From Cyanophora paradoxa CCMP329 (taxonomy: Eukaryota; Plantae; Glaucophyta), in contig QPMI01000490.1 in NCBI GenBank assembly GCA_004431415.1, positions 71,065-135,064 of the forward strand: a stretch of 64,000 bases of DNA. Direction: 5' to 3'. The notes beneath the pieces are model-generated. The model was not told where the DNA came from. It saw only the letters and a program-made list of their open reading frames with translations, and did not search any database. How positions within the stretch are numbered: the stretch's first letter is position 1; every line of letters starts with the position of its first letter. The position numbers were made by a program, and so were the translations under genes. This document shows positions 38,903 through 50,621 of the stretch, one piece after another.

Positions 38903-41678
38903 ATGGCCGAACCCGCGGCCGAGTCGCTCATGAGCTCGATGCCAGGTGCGCATTCGATTTCGCATTCGCCGTCTTGACTCCGAGCTCGAGGGTCGCTTGC
39001 CCTCATCGCTGGCGCTCATCGCACCGCAGACGAGCTGATAATGCTTGTGATGCTGAAAGCGGCACCCATCGATGGCACGATGGGCGTGTTGCGAGGCTTC
39101 GCCTCGGCTCGGCGGCGCTTCCAGAAAATCGCCTGCGGTCTTTCCTCGAAGCTTTTCGAGGAGCCTGTCTTCGTCGGTGCTCGTGGCACCGATCGTTCAG
39201 CATCTGCAGCTGGCCCAGTACTAGTGAGCTTAGGCTTGCAAATTAAATATTAATTTCGCGTACGCGTGCGATACCCGCGCTTGCGATTGACGTACACGTG
39301 TGCGTGCGCATTCGCAGCGTGTTCCTGACACGATTGTGGACGTCGCGAGGCTAGCTGCGAAGTTCGGGCGCCGAATTGAGCGGCTGCACCTTGGAAACGT
39401 CAACTTCGCCGTCGGCGCATCTACAGTCCTGTGGGACGTTCTCTGCGCCTGCCCGAACCTCACGCACCTGTCCCTCGCCGGCGCCAGCTGCAGTCACACG
39501 AATCTCTTTTACGAGAAGCCCTTCCTGCCCCTCGCCGAGCTCGCGGACCTCCCCGCCGGCTTCGAATTCTCCCTGCCCCGCCTCCGCCACCTCGACCTCT
39601 CCGGCCTCTCCCTGACCTCTTCCGCCCTCCGGCGCCTCCTGAGCGCCTGCTCGAACTCCCTTGAGCGCCTCTACCTCCGGTGAGCGCCCTGGCCTTTCTC
39701 TCGGCGCATGTGTGCATCCAGTCCCACGCTCCGTTACCCTGAGCCGCCTGCAGGAACGCGGAGGTCCGTTTCGGAGGTCTCGGGTGCGAAGCTTTCATGA
39801 TCAGCGGTCTCAGGTGCGCGAGCGACCGCGCCGCTCTCAGACTTGGACTGACATCGCTCCCTCCGCCCCGCCTCGCAGCTTCCCCCGCCTGGAGAGCCTG
39901 GACGTCTCTGGCGTGTCCGACTTCGCCGACGCGGGCAAGCTGCGGCAGCTCCTCCGCTGCCTTCCCGCCCTCCGAGACCTCTACGCCGTGCCCCGCCGCG
40001 GGATCAGGAACGAGCATCCGGAGCTGGAGCAGCTTGCGCAGGACGCCCGCCGCTCGAACCGTCTCCTCATCTACGAAAATCTCGTGCGCGGCCCTCTCAA
40101 TAGGGAAGGGTTTTTTAATTCTTTTCTTATTTTGAATTGCAGCTCGATATGGACGCTGCGTCGCTTCGGGAGCTCCGCCGGCACCTTGACGGGATGGCGT
40201 ACCCCCGCCCCACGGAGGCTCGCCTCGACGTACCCCTCCTCGCTGGCCCCTTCTTCCTCGAAGGTCCACGATTTCCCCCTCACCCTCCCCCCCTCCCCTC
40301 CCCCCCCCCGCCCCTCCCCCCCTCCCCCCTCTCCCCCCCCCCCGCCCCACCTTGCCTCCTCCTCATTTCGGATTGTAATTATAACATGTCGCTCTACTCC
40401 ACAGCGATCGTGAACGTGTACATGTCGCGAGTTCTCGAAGCTGCGAAGCGGCTCGTCTCCGAGCTCGGCGTCTCGCCGCTCACCGCCCGTCTCCAAGGCG
40501 CCGCGGCATCGGAGACTTGGGGCTGGCAGTGGGCGATCCCGCCCTACTTTCGCTCCGATTTTAAGCTACCTGAGCCGCTGTGTGAAGATCCGGCCGGCTC
40601 GTCAGCTCTGCACGTCCTGGTCGTCAGCTGCTGGCGGACAAGTGTTCACATCACGGAACAGGTAAGTAACGTGTTGCGGCCTTTGCTTTTAGGGGCGCGA
40701 AGCATATAATTATTAGCACTGAAGATCTGGCCATATAGCCAACAATCACTATATATCTCCGCAGCTGATCGTGGAGTGGGAGCTGGGCCCCCTCCTGAAC
40801 GTTGCGCTGCGCTCAAGAATCCGAAGCCGTCGCACTCCCCTTCACCTTGCTGCCGAGCACTCGCGGTCGTCCGGGCTGGTCAGAATCCTGCTGGAGTTAG
40901 GCTCCGACCCTCTCCTACAGGCACGGCCCCGCCCGTCGCGTGATCGCGCGCCCTAGGCCTCCACCGCAGCTCATCACGCTGGGGCGGCGCGCGCGCAGGA
41001 TGCGGGGGGTGAGACCGCGCTCCACACTGCCTGCCGTCTGCGGAGCTCCGACGCCGTACACGCTCTGCTGGAGGTGGCCCGTACGCAGACTGGCGTGCTC
41101 TCCGTGAAGGACGCCGAGGGCCGTACCCCTCTCCAGTGGCTCCTCGTCGGCCATGTTCTGGACGATTACGATTCTGTGCGGTCCGATCTCGCTGTGCATG
41201 CCGTCAGTACGTCCGCTTGCCTCTCGTTCACCCCTTGCCCCTCCAACCATTTTCGCAGAGGTTTTGCGGCTCGACGGTCCGAGGCTGGAGGCCCTGGGGG
41301 TACGCCGCGCCTTCCTGGAGGAGCCCTGCTGGGGACGGGGGCGCGGCGAGTTCCTCGTACACTATGCCGCCAAAACAGCTTCGCCCCCGGCGCCGGCCGT
41401 CCGGGCCTTCCTCGAAGCCGGCGCCGACCCCTGTCTCCAGGCCCGTCCACCGACCCTTTGAAACAAGCTTGCGTACCCCAATGTCACCTCACTCACCCCA
41501 CCCTTCCCGGTCGCAGGACGCGAGAGGCAGGACGGTGCTCCAGATCGCCCTAAGCGGGGGGAACGAGTCGCTGCAGCAGGCGATCCTGGACTTCGCCGAG
41601 CAGAGGGGCGTCCCCCGCGAGCGCCTCGTCGGGCCGACACGCCCGGAGAAGCGCGCCCGCACCGCCCCCGGCAGCTGA
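38903..41678 (+). CDS. Multi-exon F-box-like / LRR / ankyrin-repeat protein
   Basis: The spliced N-terminus MAEPAAESLMSSMP|DELIMLVM resembles an F-box start (LP.E.l). LRRs are CPNLTHLSLAG, LPRLRHLDLSG, LERLYL and FPRLESLDVSG. Ankyrins are RTPLHLAAEH..LVRILLELGSDP, DAGGETALHTAC and KDAEGRTPLQW. Confidence 0.72.
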
Positions 41679-42402
41679 TTTTACAAACTAAAAATATGCG
41701 AGATTATCATTGAATTCTGTCTGTCTGAATTCTGGGCTCGTGGAGGCCAGATCTAGAGTGGGAAGATTGGAGGTCTTGAGGAGACTCTGAGAGCGAGATG
41801 GAAGTAGTAGGGCGAGAGCCGTTCTACCGTCTTAACGTTAACGATGGTCTTACGAATTCGAGCTCGCGCGATGAATTCGGATCGAAGCGGGAGCGGAGAA
41901 ATTCGAATTCGAAGGGGCTGGCCATCGGCCATATGAGTTGAGAAGATTTATAATTAGAGGAGACGAACTGTTTTTAACACGCGCGCGCCGTGGCCGGGCC
42001 GGCCCGCGCGGGCCGGTATATAAGTATATATACGTCGGAAGATTTAATTGAGGGGAGACGTACGTATACGTATACGAACGGCCGGATCGACCAGCGGATC
42101 GAGCTAGGATCGAGGCCTAGGAAGCGGATCGAGGATCGAGGCCGGAGGGAATTAATTAAGATGTAGAGGAGACGAATTAACTCGAGGAGCCGGTGCGAAA
42201 AATGCGCGAGCTGCGCTTGAGTTATCCCTGTACCCCAGATAACCAGCAAAACCTGAAACCAGCTCACAGCCCCCGGCCGCTCTCGCCGCGCGTTTAGATC
42301 GGGTGCGCAGCGTCAGATCGATCGGTTGCGTAGTGTCAGGCATCGCTTGGCACCGAGCTCGGCTGATTTCAAAAATTCGCGCGAGGCGGCAGGCCGTCGG
42401 AG

Positions 42403-45400
42403 ATGGAGGACGGGCAAGCGCACGCGAGCACCTCTAGCGCAGAGGCACCGCCCAGCAAGCGCCTTCGCCTTCATTCGGTCCCTGCGCCGGCGGAGCCCGC
42501 GGCCGACGGAGAGAAGAACGCGTGCATCAATATCCAAGAAGGCGCGAATGGCCTCCAAGACTCATCAGGTGCTGCATTGCGATTGTCAATATGTAACACT
42601 AAGGCCCGCGGGCGGCGCAGGGAGACCGGTACCAGATCCTGCAAGATTTGAAAAAATCGATCCCGCGGCGCAATCCGACGATATGGCTGTGGATGCAGAA
42701 GCTGCGCCTCCGAAGATCGTTGCGAATGCAAGGATCCGGACGTGGTCTGCCCTTGACTAGATTATTCGTGATCACTCGCGCCTCACGATTGCAAATTCGC
42801 TGTCAGGATCGCGCGCCTGAATCCGGGAGCGAAGGTTGCTGACCTGCAGGATGCCCTGCGGATGGCCGCAGGGCTTCTGCCCCTCGTCGACGTCAGCACT
42901 CGCAAGGGGCACCATCGCCAGCGCACCCTCCGCGAATTGTGCCGCCGCTTCCGCCACTGCCGCCGCGCCCGGCTTTTGAAATATGCTCTTAAGCTTGTGT
43001 CCACGCCGATTGCGCAGCTTGATTCCGACGGCGCTGCAGCAGTACTTAGTCGATGGGGATACGGAGCGGGTGCCTTGGAGCCGGGGCCGCGCCGGAGCCT
43101 TCCTCCAAGACCTCCACTCCGCCCACCAGCAGTGCCTCCAGAGCCCCGTGCGCCGCTCTTCCCCGGCCCGCGTTCGCGCCTCTAGATCTACTGCTGAATG
43201 CGGCCCCCGGCCATCGGGATCTGGCCCGACGTCGACTTTTCGATTCGCCACCAGTACGGCGATGCAATGGTACCCGCGCGCTCCGGTCCGATCCCACAGA
43301 GCTCGCGATATTCTTACGCGCACGCGCGCCACGCAGATGGCGTACGCCCTTCTCTACGCCTGCAGCGAGGGGGACCTCTTTGCGGCCCTCGCGCTCGCCC
43401 TCTTCGGGGCCAAGTGGGGCGTGAACGTCACCGAGTTGAGCTATACGGCACCGCAGCTGTTAGCGTGCAGGCTGCGGGACCTGGACGACGTGAAACCTGA
43501 TCACGTCCCGTCGAAGTTGGTTTCGATGTGCGCGCGCGGTCCGATCGCGATCGCGAGGCCCCCGACGTGCGGCCGCGGGCCGGTGCGCAGGCTGGAGACA
43601 GCGCTGGAGGCTCTGTGGGAGGCCGAGCAGCTAGGACCAGTTCGCGTCTCGCGCTTTAACGCCAACCGCTTCGCCCTCGACGTCCTCTACGCTGCCGGTG
43701 CGCCCCAATTTAAAACTTGCTCATGGTCTGCGAAATTCGCCTCTCCAGTGTAGCGCAAAAAACCTTCCGCAAAATTAAATCTTTATCAGCAGCGCGAATT
43801 GGCAAACCATCATGGTCTTAACTTGAGCGGAACCCGGCGGATGCGCAGACGCCTGGCATGATTTGCCAGCGGAGACGGCGAAGGTGCTGGAAGAAGCGAA
43901 AAGGGTGGCGGACCTTTGCATTCTCTGTTCAGCCTGGCGGCGCTTCATTATGCGCCTCCTGCGAGAGGGGCCGAGCCAGGATGTGCTCCCTTACGTGATT
44001 GCTCTCCTAGCGATTTACGGTGGTACCGAGGCGTGTCGCAGCGCCCCGCCGCCCGTGGCCGCCCGCCGCTTTAATTTGAAATCACTGAGTAAACACCTCA
44101 TAAACGTTAACTTCTCGTTTACACAGGAGCGCGATCACGCGATGCCATTGCTCCAGCGCCTGGGACCCCCCGCCATCATTGCCCTACTGGGGATTTTCGA
44201 GATCCTTTCTCCCTTCGTTCGCGATCGCCTTCTATGCGCCGCCACCCCACGCGTACGAGAATTCGAAATTCAGTGCGCAGAGCCGCGGCACGGCGCTGCT
44301 GCGACAACGTGTGCAGACGGCGCTGCTGAAGGATATGGCGCTGGAATTTTATGAAGCGCCGGCAGTCGGAGAAGCGCTTCTCGGCGCCGTCACGCGGGCC
44401 GCGGGGGGCCCCCAAGCGGAGCTCTTCCTCGCTGATGCGCTGCAGGAAGGAGCGCCCCTGGCCGTCCTCCTGCACGCGCAGGACATTCTTCGCGCGGGCA
44501 TCCCCGGCGTGCGCGCCTTCGCCGCCACAGAACGCGCGGGGCGTCAAAACAAGCCCCTCCTGCCGCCGCCCTTTCTCGCCGAGCTCGAGGCTGCCGCCAG
44601 TGGGCGGCCCTCCAAGTGCCCCGCGGACGTCGCGGCCGCCCTCCTCGGAGCACTCCTCGCGCACCGCCCGACCCGCGCTGCCCTTTCCTCCGCGGCGTGC
44701 CCCGCCGATATTACCTTCGATATCACCGCCGGAATCACCGATATCGTCGTCAAAGCCGACATCCGCGACAGGCAGCAGCGCGCCCTCCACAACTTGTGCA
44801 GCCATCCCTGCCCCGCGGTCGCGGCCGTCGCCTGCATTGTCGCTGCTGACGGATCCGAACTGCAGCCTGGCGCAGGCCGCGGCTCCGGAGTTGCTCGAAT
44901 GCCTGGCGGACGGGAACCGGCTGTCCCGTAGCCGAGACGACGTCCTTGTACATGCCTTTCTCGTGAACCTCTACCGCGCCCACCGCCAGAGTTTCACGGT
45001 CAAGAGCCCAGTGCGCCGCACCGTCGCACCCTTGCCCTGCAGCTGCGCATGCGGCTTACTAATTGAAACGCACGTACATGCGATGCACGCTTCTGGCGAA
45101 AAGTACGGTGAAGAATTGGTGCGGCCCGCCGATGTCGGAATTCGAATATATATATACTGTAATATTTAATTAATATAAATTTTAATATTATGCCGCTCAG
45201 AAATCGAAAAGCCTCCTGCACGCCTGCGCAACGGGAAGCCTTTTCGCGGCTCTCGCACTCGCCCTCTTCGGAGCCAGATGGGACACCAAGGACGCGGCGA
45301 CGGGCCTCAACGCTCCAGCACTCTTCGTTCGACAGCTTCAGATGCAGGCAGACGCTGATGCCGACGTTGCAATAGGTCACTTGAAGCTCGTTTCGCTGTA

Positions 45401-48400
45401 CGTGTGGCGAGGCGGCGAGCGCTGCGGCTGGATCCCGATCGATATCCTGATGCGCGGGGCGCATGGCAGGCTTCAGGCTGCATTCCAACACATTTACAAG
45501 GAGCTCGAGGACAAGCGCTTCCCGGAAGTCGAGTCGGAAAGCTTCTCGCGGGCCAATGCAAATCGCTTCGCCATAGAAGTCCTCTGCGCCGCCGGTGCGC
45601 GCCGCCCTCGCGCTTCGAAACTCGAAGGACGGGGCGCGAGCAGCGCTGGCGCAGGCGCCTGGCGCGACCTGCCAGTGGGGACGCGGGGGGCCCGGCGTGA
45701 AGCGCGACGGATCCTGGGCTTGTGCGCGAAACAACCCGTTTGGCGGAGCTTCGTCTTGCGCCTCGTGAAGGAGGGGCTGATCCAGGCCGTGCATCCTTAT
45801 ATTATCGCTTGCTTCGCCATTTCCGACCGCGTAAAGGCGCGTATTTATTCTCCCTTTTTCTTTCTCTCCCGCTCCCCTCTTCTCCCGCTTTAAATTTGCC
45901 AGCGACCCGCTCCACACGCAGGAGCGCGAGTTTGCGCGTCCGGAGCTTGAAACCCTTGGGCCGTCAGCCGTTGACGGACTACTGGCCCTCTTGGAGGTAC
46001 ACTCAATCTCTGTTCGCCGAGGCTTTTACAGACATTTGCCCATGGCCACTAAGTATTTTGCGGACGCCCGTTCGGCGCCGCGCAGGATTTTCGCCGCCCC
46101 AGGTGTCGGCAGCGGGTGAAGGCAGTGCTGCTATCGCTTGCGAAAATTCCGGCAATCAACTTCGAGGCGCCCGCCGTCGGGGAAGCGCTTCTCGACGCCG
46201 TCACGCGGGCTGCGGGAGGGCCCCAAGCGGAGCTCCTCCCCGCTGAGGCGCTGCAGGATCCGGAGGGATCAGCCCTGGCCGTTCTTCTGCAGGTCATCCT
46301 CCGCGCAGGCATCCCCGGCGTGCGTGCCTTCGCCGCCACCGAACGCGGGAGGCAGCGGACCAAGCCCCTCCTGCCTCTGTCCATTCTCTTTCACCTGCGA
46401 GATGCGGCAAGCGGGCGCGGGCAGACCTCCAAGTGCCCCGCGGACCTCGCGGCCGCCCTTCTCGACGCGCTCTCTGTGCACGTCCCGACCCGCGTCGCTC
46501 CTCTCTTTGCCTTTGTCCCGCCCGTCATTTCCGAGCTCCACCGTCTCGCCGAACTTTCAGCCCTTGCAAACGAGCAGGGGCTGCTGCAGGACCAGCTCCC
46601 GGACGCCATCGAGCAGATGCTGCTGCAGAACCCGGAGCTACAATTGCTAGATGTGAGATATCCGCAGGTGCAGCTGTCGGGGGCGTGGGCCCTGGACCAG
46701 CTGGAGGGGGCGCTGGCCTCGCTGCACCTCGACTCGGGAGACGGGCTCGAGACGGCCCTGCGGCGCGCTGGCGTCGTCGACCTCGCCCTCCGCCTCGCGT
46801 CCGCTGCCCGCGTTCCCTGAATAGCAATGGCGCTTTTTGTTGCAGCTGCCCAACGCTACCTTGTACGCGTGCAGCTCGGAGATCGCGGCGCTCATGCGCC
46901 CCTTGGAACGCCTTCACCTCGCGGCTCCAGATTTGGATGTCCTCTCCTGTAAGGTGAACGGCCGCGGCCTGCGCGCGCGGTCCGCCGCCACGTGCGCCGC
47001 GCCTGACAAGAGAAATCGAACAGCCGATGAGCTTCTTGTGGCGCTCGATTGTCGCGGGGGCGTCGGTGGCGGCGGCGGCGGGGCTCTTCGCGGCCGTCGA
47101 TTTCGCTAAGCCCCTGAAGCCCTTCAAGTGCGGTCCCTATAGCTATCCGCTGTATAACTGCGCTCCCGTCCGCTTTGTTGCGTTTTACATTTATAATTAT
47201 ACGCACACGTGTACGTATACGCGGCGCAGTCGGCTGCTCTTGGATTTCGTGCGGGAGCCGGCGCGCAACAAATTCTCGGCGACAATTGCGCGCCTGCCAG
47301 GCCTGTTCGACATTCATCTCCGGCGGGAGGCGTGCAACAACCCCGATGCGGTACTGTCCCGCACCCGCGAACCCTTTTTAACTTCCCGCCATGGCCAGGC
47401 GATCGTGAGCGAACATGTGGAAGAGTCGCGGGTCCCATACGGCGACACAGACCCGTTCCTCTTCCTCAATGTCTCCCGGGGTTCTCTGATCAGTTCGAGG
47501 CGAGTTCATTCATATGCCGCACGCGGCCGCCCGCGAAGTATATATGTACTAATTGTGCCGCCTCATCGATTTTCGCGGCGCGGCCGTCTGCGCAGCTTCG
47601 GGAACAAAGACCTTGAGGCGGCGCTCCTCGCGATCGGGGGGCCCAACCCCCAGGCCGACCCCGCTCTCCCGACGCCCGCACTTTCCGCCGCTCCGTCATC
47701 GATCTGATGGTTCGAAGGGCCGGCCTCTCTAGCTCGACGGACCGGGCCCGGGCCGGGGCTGTAGCTGTAGCTGCAGGTGACGCGGGGCTGCACAGGTGGC
47801 ATTCGAAGGAGAACCTGCGGTCGGCGACGGGTTGAAGCGGGAGTACCTGACAAAGCTGGCGCATGAGTTTTTGGACCCTAACACGGCCCTATTCTGCCGT
47901 CTCGGCGACGCTGGCGGCGTCTACTATCCCTCCACGGACGCGCGCGTTCATGATTTCAGCGATCAGCCCGGCCACCACACGCCCCTTCCCCGTCCCGGCC
48001 GCCTCGAGTCTGAGCCAACATTTTCGCACTTGGCTGTCTAAACTCTGATCGGGAGTGCCGCGCAGCATGTTTCGCCTCTGTGGGTGGGCGATGGGCGCCG
48101 CTTTCGCGACCGGCGCAGTCTCCCCCGTCTACGTTCGTTCTGCCCCGTCCGGCCCCGCTGAATGCAGTCCCGCCCGCCCCGCCAACCATTTTGCGCATGC
48201 TGCAGTTCCCGCAGTGCCTTTATCGGTACCTTCTAGATCTGCCGCGGGCGCGGTCGCAGACGGGCCTTAAGGACCTCGCATCCATCGAGCCGAGCGTCGC
48301 GAAGAGCTTCAAGGAAATGCTGGGGCGGGGCCTGGCGGAGCTGGGGCTCGAGCATCTCGTTTTTATGGTCGAAGAAGACTTCTTCGGAGAGCGCCGCACC

Positions 48401-48806
48401 GTTCCGCTGCGCCCCGGCGGCGAGCAAGAGCCCGTCACCGACGCCAACAAGGCCCGCGCGCGCCCTCCGTCCCCAAATTCCACAATCGGGCGCCCCGGGG
48501 GCCCTCACGTGCCACGTACGCGTGCACAATCGTAGAAAGAGTACGTTCGACTGGCAGCGGACTACTACATTGTTGGGCGCGTCCGCCAGGAGGCTCGCCC
48601 ACTGCCCGCCATGCCCCGCCCCCCCGCCGCTCGCGCTGTTCCTCGAATCATTTCCGCAGCTGGATGCGCTGCGGGAGGGGCTGCGGCTGGTGCTGCCCGC
48701 AGCTGCGTCGCGGATGTTGAGTTCAACCGAGCTGCGCATGATCGTCGAGGGGCTCCACACAATCGACGTGGAAGACTGGCGACGCAACACTCGCTACCAC
48801 ACATAG
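42403..48806 (+). pseudogene. HECT E3 ubiquitin ligase with a duplicated helical N-terminal block, interrupted in the HECT domain by the viral insertion; may be two tandem paralogues split near 45170
   Basis: HECT motifs are FEGEPAVGDGLKREYLTKLAHEFLDPNTALF, FRLCGWAMG, LKDLASIEPSVAKSF, VPLRPGGEQEPVTDANK|KEYV and ELRMIVEGLHTIDVEDWRRNTRY. AT-rich sequence follows with an in-frame TAG at 48804-48806. The C-lobe with the catalytic Cys is absent from the window. Confidence 0.8.
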
Positions 48807-49082
48807 TAAAATGCGGAGTTTTAACCCTCGGCTTATCTTAATTGATTTTGTTGATATATCTCGTATATTCTATTTCAATCAATCGTTAATCTGTGTATAT
48901 CTTATCGAATATTCATTTATTTCGATTATTTTGTATTCTTTTCGATATTTTATCGTAAATTTCTCTTATTTTCCGATTAGTCTTACTGAGTGAATCGATA
49001 ATCTGTATATGTTTCCGAATAATATAACTGAATCTCAATTAGATCTTGCCTCTGGTTAAAACTCCGCATTTTACTATGTGTG
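48798..49082. repeat. Terminal 285-bp segment bounded by a perfect 29-bp inverted repeat (48798-48826 / 49054-49082)
   Basis: cacacatagtaaaatgcggagttttaacc ... ggttaaaactccgcattttactatgtgtg. Confidence 0.95.
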
Positions 49083-49333
49083 ATTGGTCTAAAAGTTAAT
49101 TGATTTAATCGATATTATATTCATGTACTTTCTCGATTAAATTTAATTAAATTTAATTCATTTAATCGGAAACATATCGCTAAACTCGATTAAGATCCAT
49201 AAATGATTCATTTGTTTATATTAACAAATCGATCTCTTATTGAATCCAATCGTAATTATACATGAAACTTATATGTTTTTATCATGTTTTAATGATTCTA
49301 AGGGGGGACCCTTAGGATTTTTGAAATAATTGG

Positions 49334-49424
49334 GTGTGACAGGTGTGACAGGTCCATCCAAGGAAAGTCCTAGTGAGAAATTGATTTTTAAAATCCACGG
49401 ATAGACCTGTCACACCTGTCACAC
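49334..49424. repeat. Iteron module A: two tandem TGTGACAGG units facing two inverted copies (21-bp perfect inverted repeat)
   Basis: gtgtgacaggtgtgacaggtc at 49334-49354 and gacctgtcacacctgtcacac at 49404-49424. Confidence 0.9.
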
Positions 49425-49461
49425 ATACCATATTCAGTAAGGACCTCATATATTGTTAAAA

Positions 49462-49771
49462 TCTCAGTGTTAGTTGGTGTAGTTGATTCAAATGTGATCT
49501 TAGGAATGTGATTTAAAATCTTTCAGGCAGCATTTATTTGTCAGGCATTAAATCCATCGATTTTGACAAAGTATTTTATTTTGGCAAAGTCATTGTTTGG
49601 ATCAACAATGAAATTTGAATTATAGAAAAGTTTTCTAAAAAGGTGCCTGACAATGCCTGACATACTATATAAGTGCCTGACAACTATATTATAGTGCCTG
49701 ACAAACCATATATGGTAATACTATATGATATCTTCTACTTTCTCAGTGTTAGTTGGTGTAGTTGATTCAAA
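49462..49771 (+). repeat. 31-bp perfect direct repeat (49462-49492, 49741-49771) enclosing iteron module B (TGCCTGACA x4 plus inverted copies)
   Basis: tctcagtgttagttggtgtagttgattcaaa occurs twice. tgcctgaca occurs four times at ~49644-49703, with inverted tgtcaggca at ~49539 and ttcaggca at ~49522. Confidence 0.9.
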
Positions 49772-49814
49772 AAATGCATTTATACTCTGATTCATTGTTA
49801 TTTCCTGTGAAATT

Positions 49815-49920
49815 TGAGTCAACTCAACCCACTTAGTCAACCCTTGCATTGAATTCGTAACAAAATCCATATACTTTTACTACTTTTACGATTAATATGA
49901 GTCAACCTTGAGTCCACTTA
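49815..49920 (+). repeat. Iteron module C: (TG)AGTCAAC-type repeats followed by an AT-rich tract
   Basis: tgagtcaactcaacccacttagtcaacc ... tgagtcaaccttgagtccactt. Confidence 0.7.
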
Positions 49921-50194
49921 AATATAAATATAATATAATAGGGGGAATCAAGGGGAGATGCTGAGTGTTATTGTAAGGAAATCGAATAGTATTCGAAATA
50001 CTTGACATTGCTTAATGTAGGGTGCATTCATATTTCGGCTACATCATACAGTAGAATTCTATTGTAACAAAAGCTACTGTAGAAAGAAAATCATTGTAGA
50101 AAGCTATTGTAGGAAAGGATATATTATATCCTTTTTTAACGATTGCCATTGTAATAAAAAAGGTAAATTACCCTGTTTATCATTATAGAAACCA

Positions 50195-50592
50195 TCAAAA
50201 CGGGAATCTATCATGTTTATGTCTCTCAGTCTTCTCAAATGTTAAGAAATTCATTGTTTTATCGATCTCATCTGCTACTGATTGTGTTTTATGCTGAGCT
50301 TCTTTACCACAACTGAATATATCAATTGCTAACATGCCTTCATTGGAATAACAATGAGCTGTGCAATGGCTTTCATCTAATAGCAGAACCAATGCAAAAC
50401 CAGGAGGTGATAGTTTGCCATCAATATCTCACAATGCTTATGAACAATCCTAATACCTTGTCTCAATACTGCTTGTTCAAGGGTTCCCATAATCCAATTA
50501 CCTAGGAAGCTAACATGCTCATATCCTGTTGCTATAGCTGATTTAGCTTTGTAATCAAGCATAACATGAAAGCCTCTGTATTGAGTCTCCAT
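50195..50592 (-). CDS. speD: Pyruvoyl-dependent S-adenosylmethionine decarboxylase family proenzyme (short prokaryotic SpeD/SpeH type), one frameshift near 50425
   Basis: Joined translation: METQYRGFHVMLDY..LEQAVLRQGIRIVHKHCEI/DGKLSPPGFALVLLLDESHCTAHCYSNEGMLAIDIFSCG. It contains the G.H, ESH self-cleavage and D.F(T/S)CG motifs. Confidence 0.85.
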
Positions 50593-50621
50593 TAAGAATA
50601 CCTTAGAAAAATTAATTAAAC

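Noticed and set aside
1-48797. Numerous long Arg/Ala/Pro-rich ORFs (e.g. 18470..21319 -, 3031..5331 +)
   Set aside because: These are shadow frames of GC-rich spliced genes, with low-complexity translations and no motifs.
48811-48993. 60-aa hydrophobic ORF in the terminal unit
   Set aside because: It is a translation of T-rich low-complexity terminal DNA with no supporting motif.
49375-49390. Mimivirus early promoter AAAATTGA
   Set aside because: Only partial matches occur (aaattga here, aaaatga near 63470), which is expected in AT-rich DNA.
49462-49771. 31-bp direct repeat as a CRISPR array
   Set aside because: There are only two full copies, the spacer is 248 bp, and no cas genes are present.
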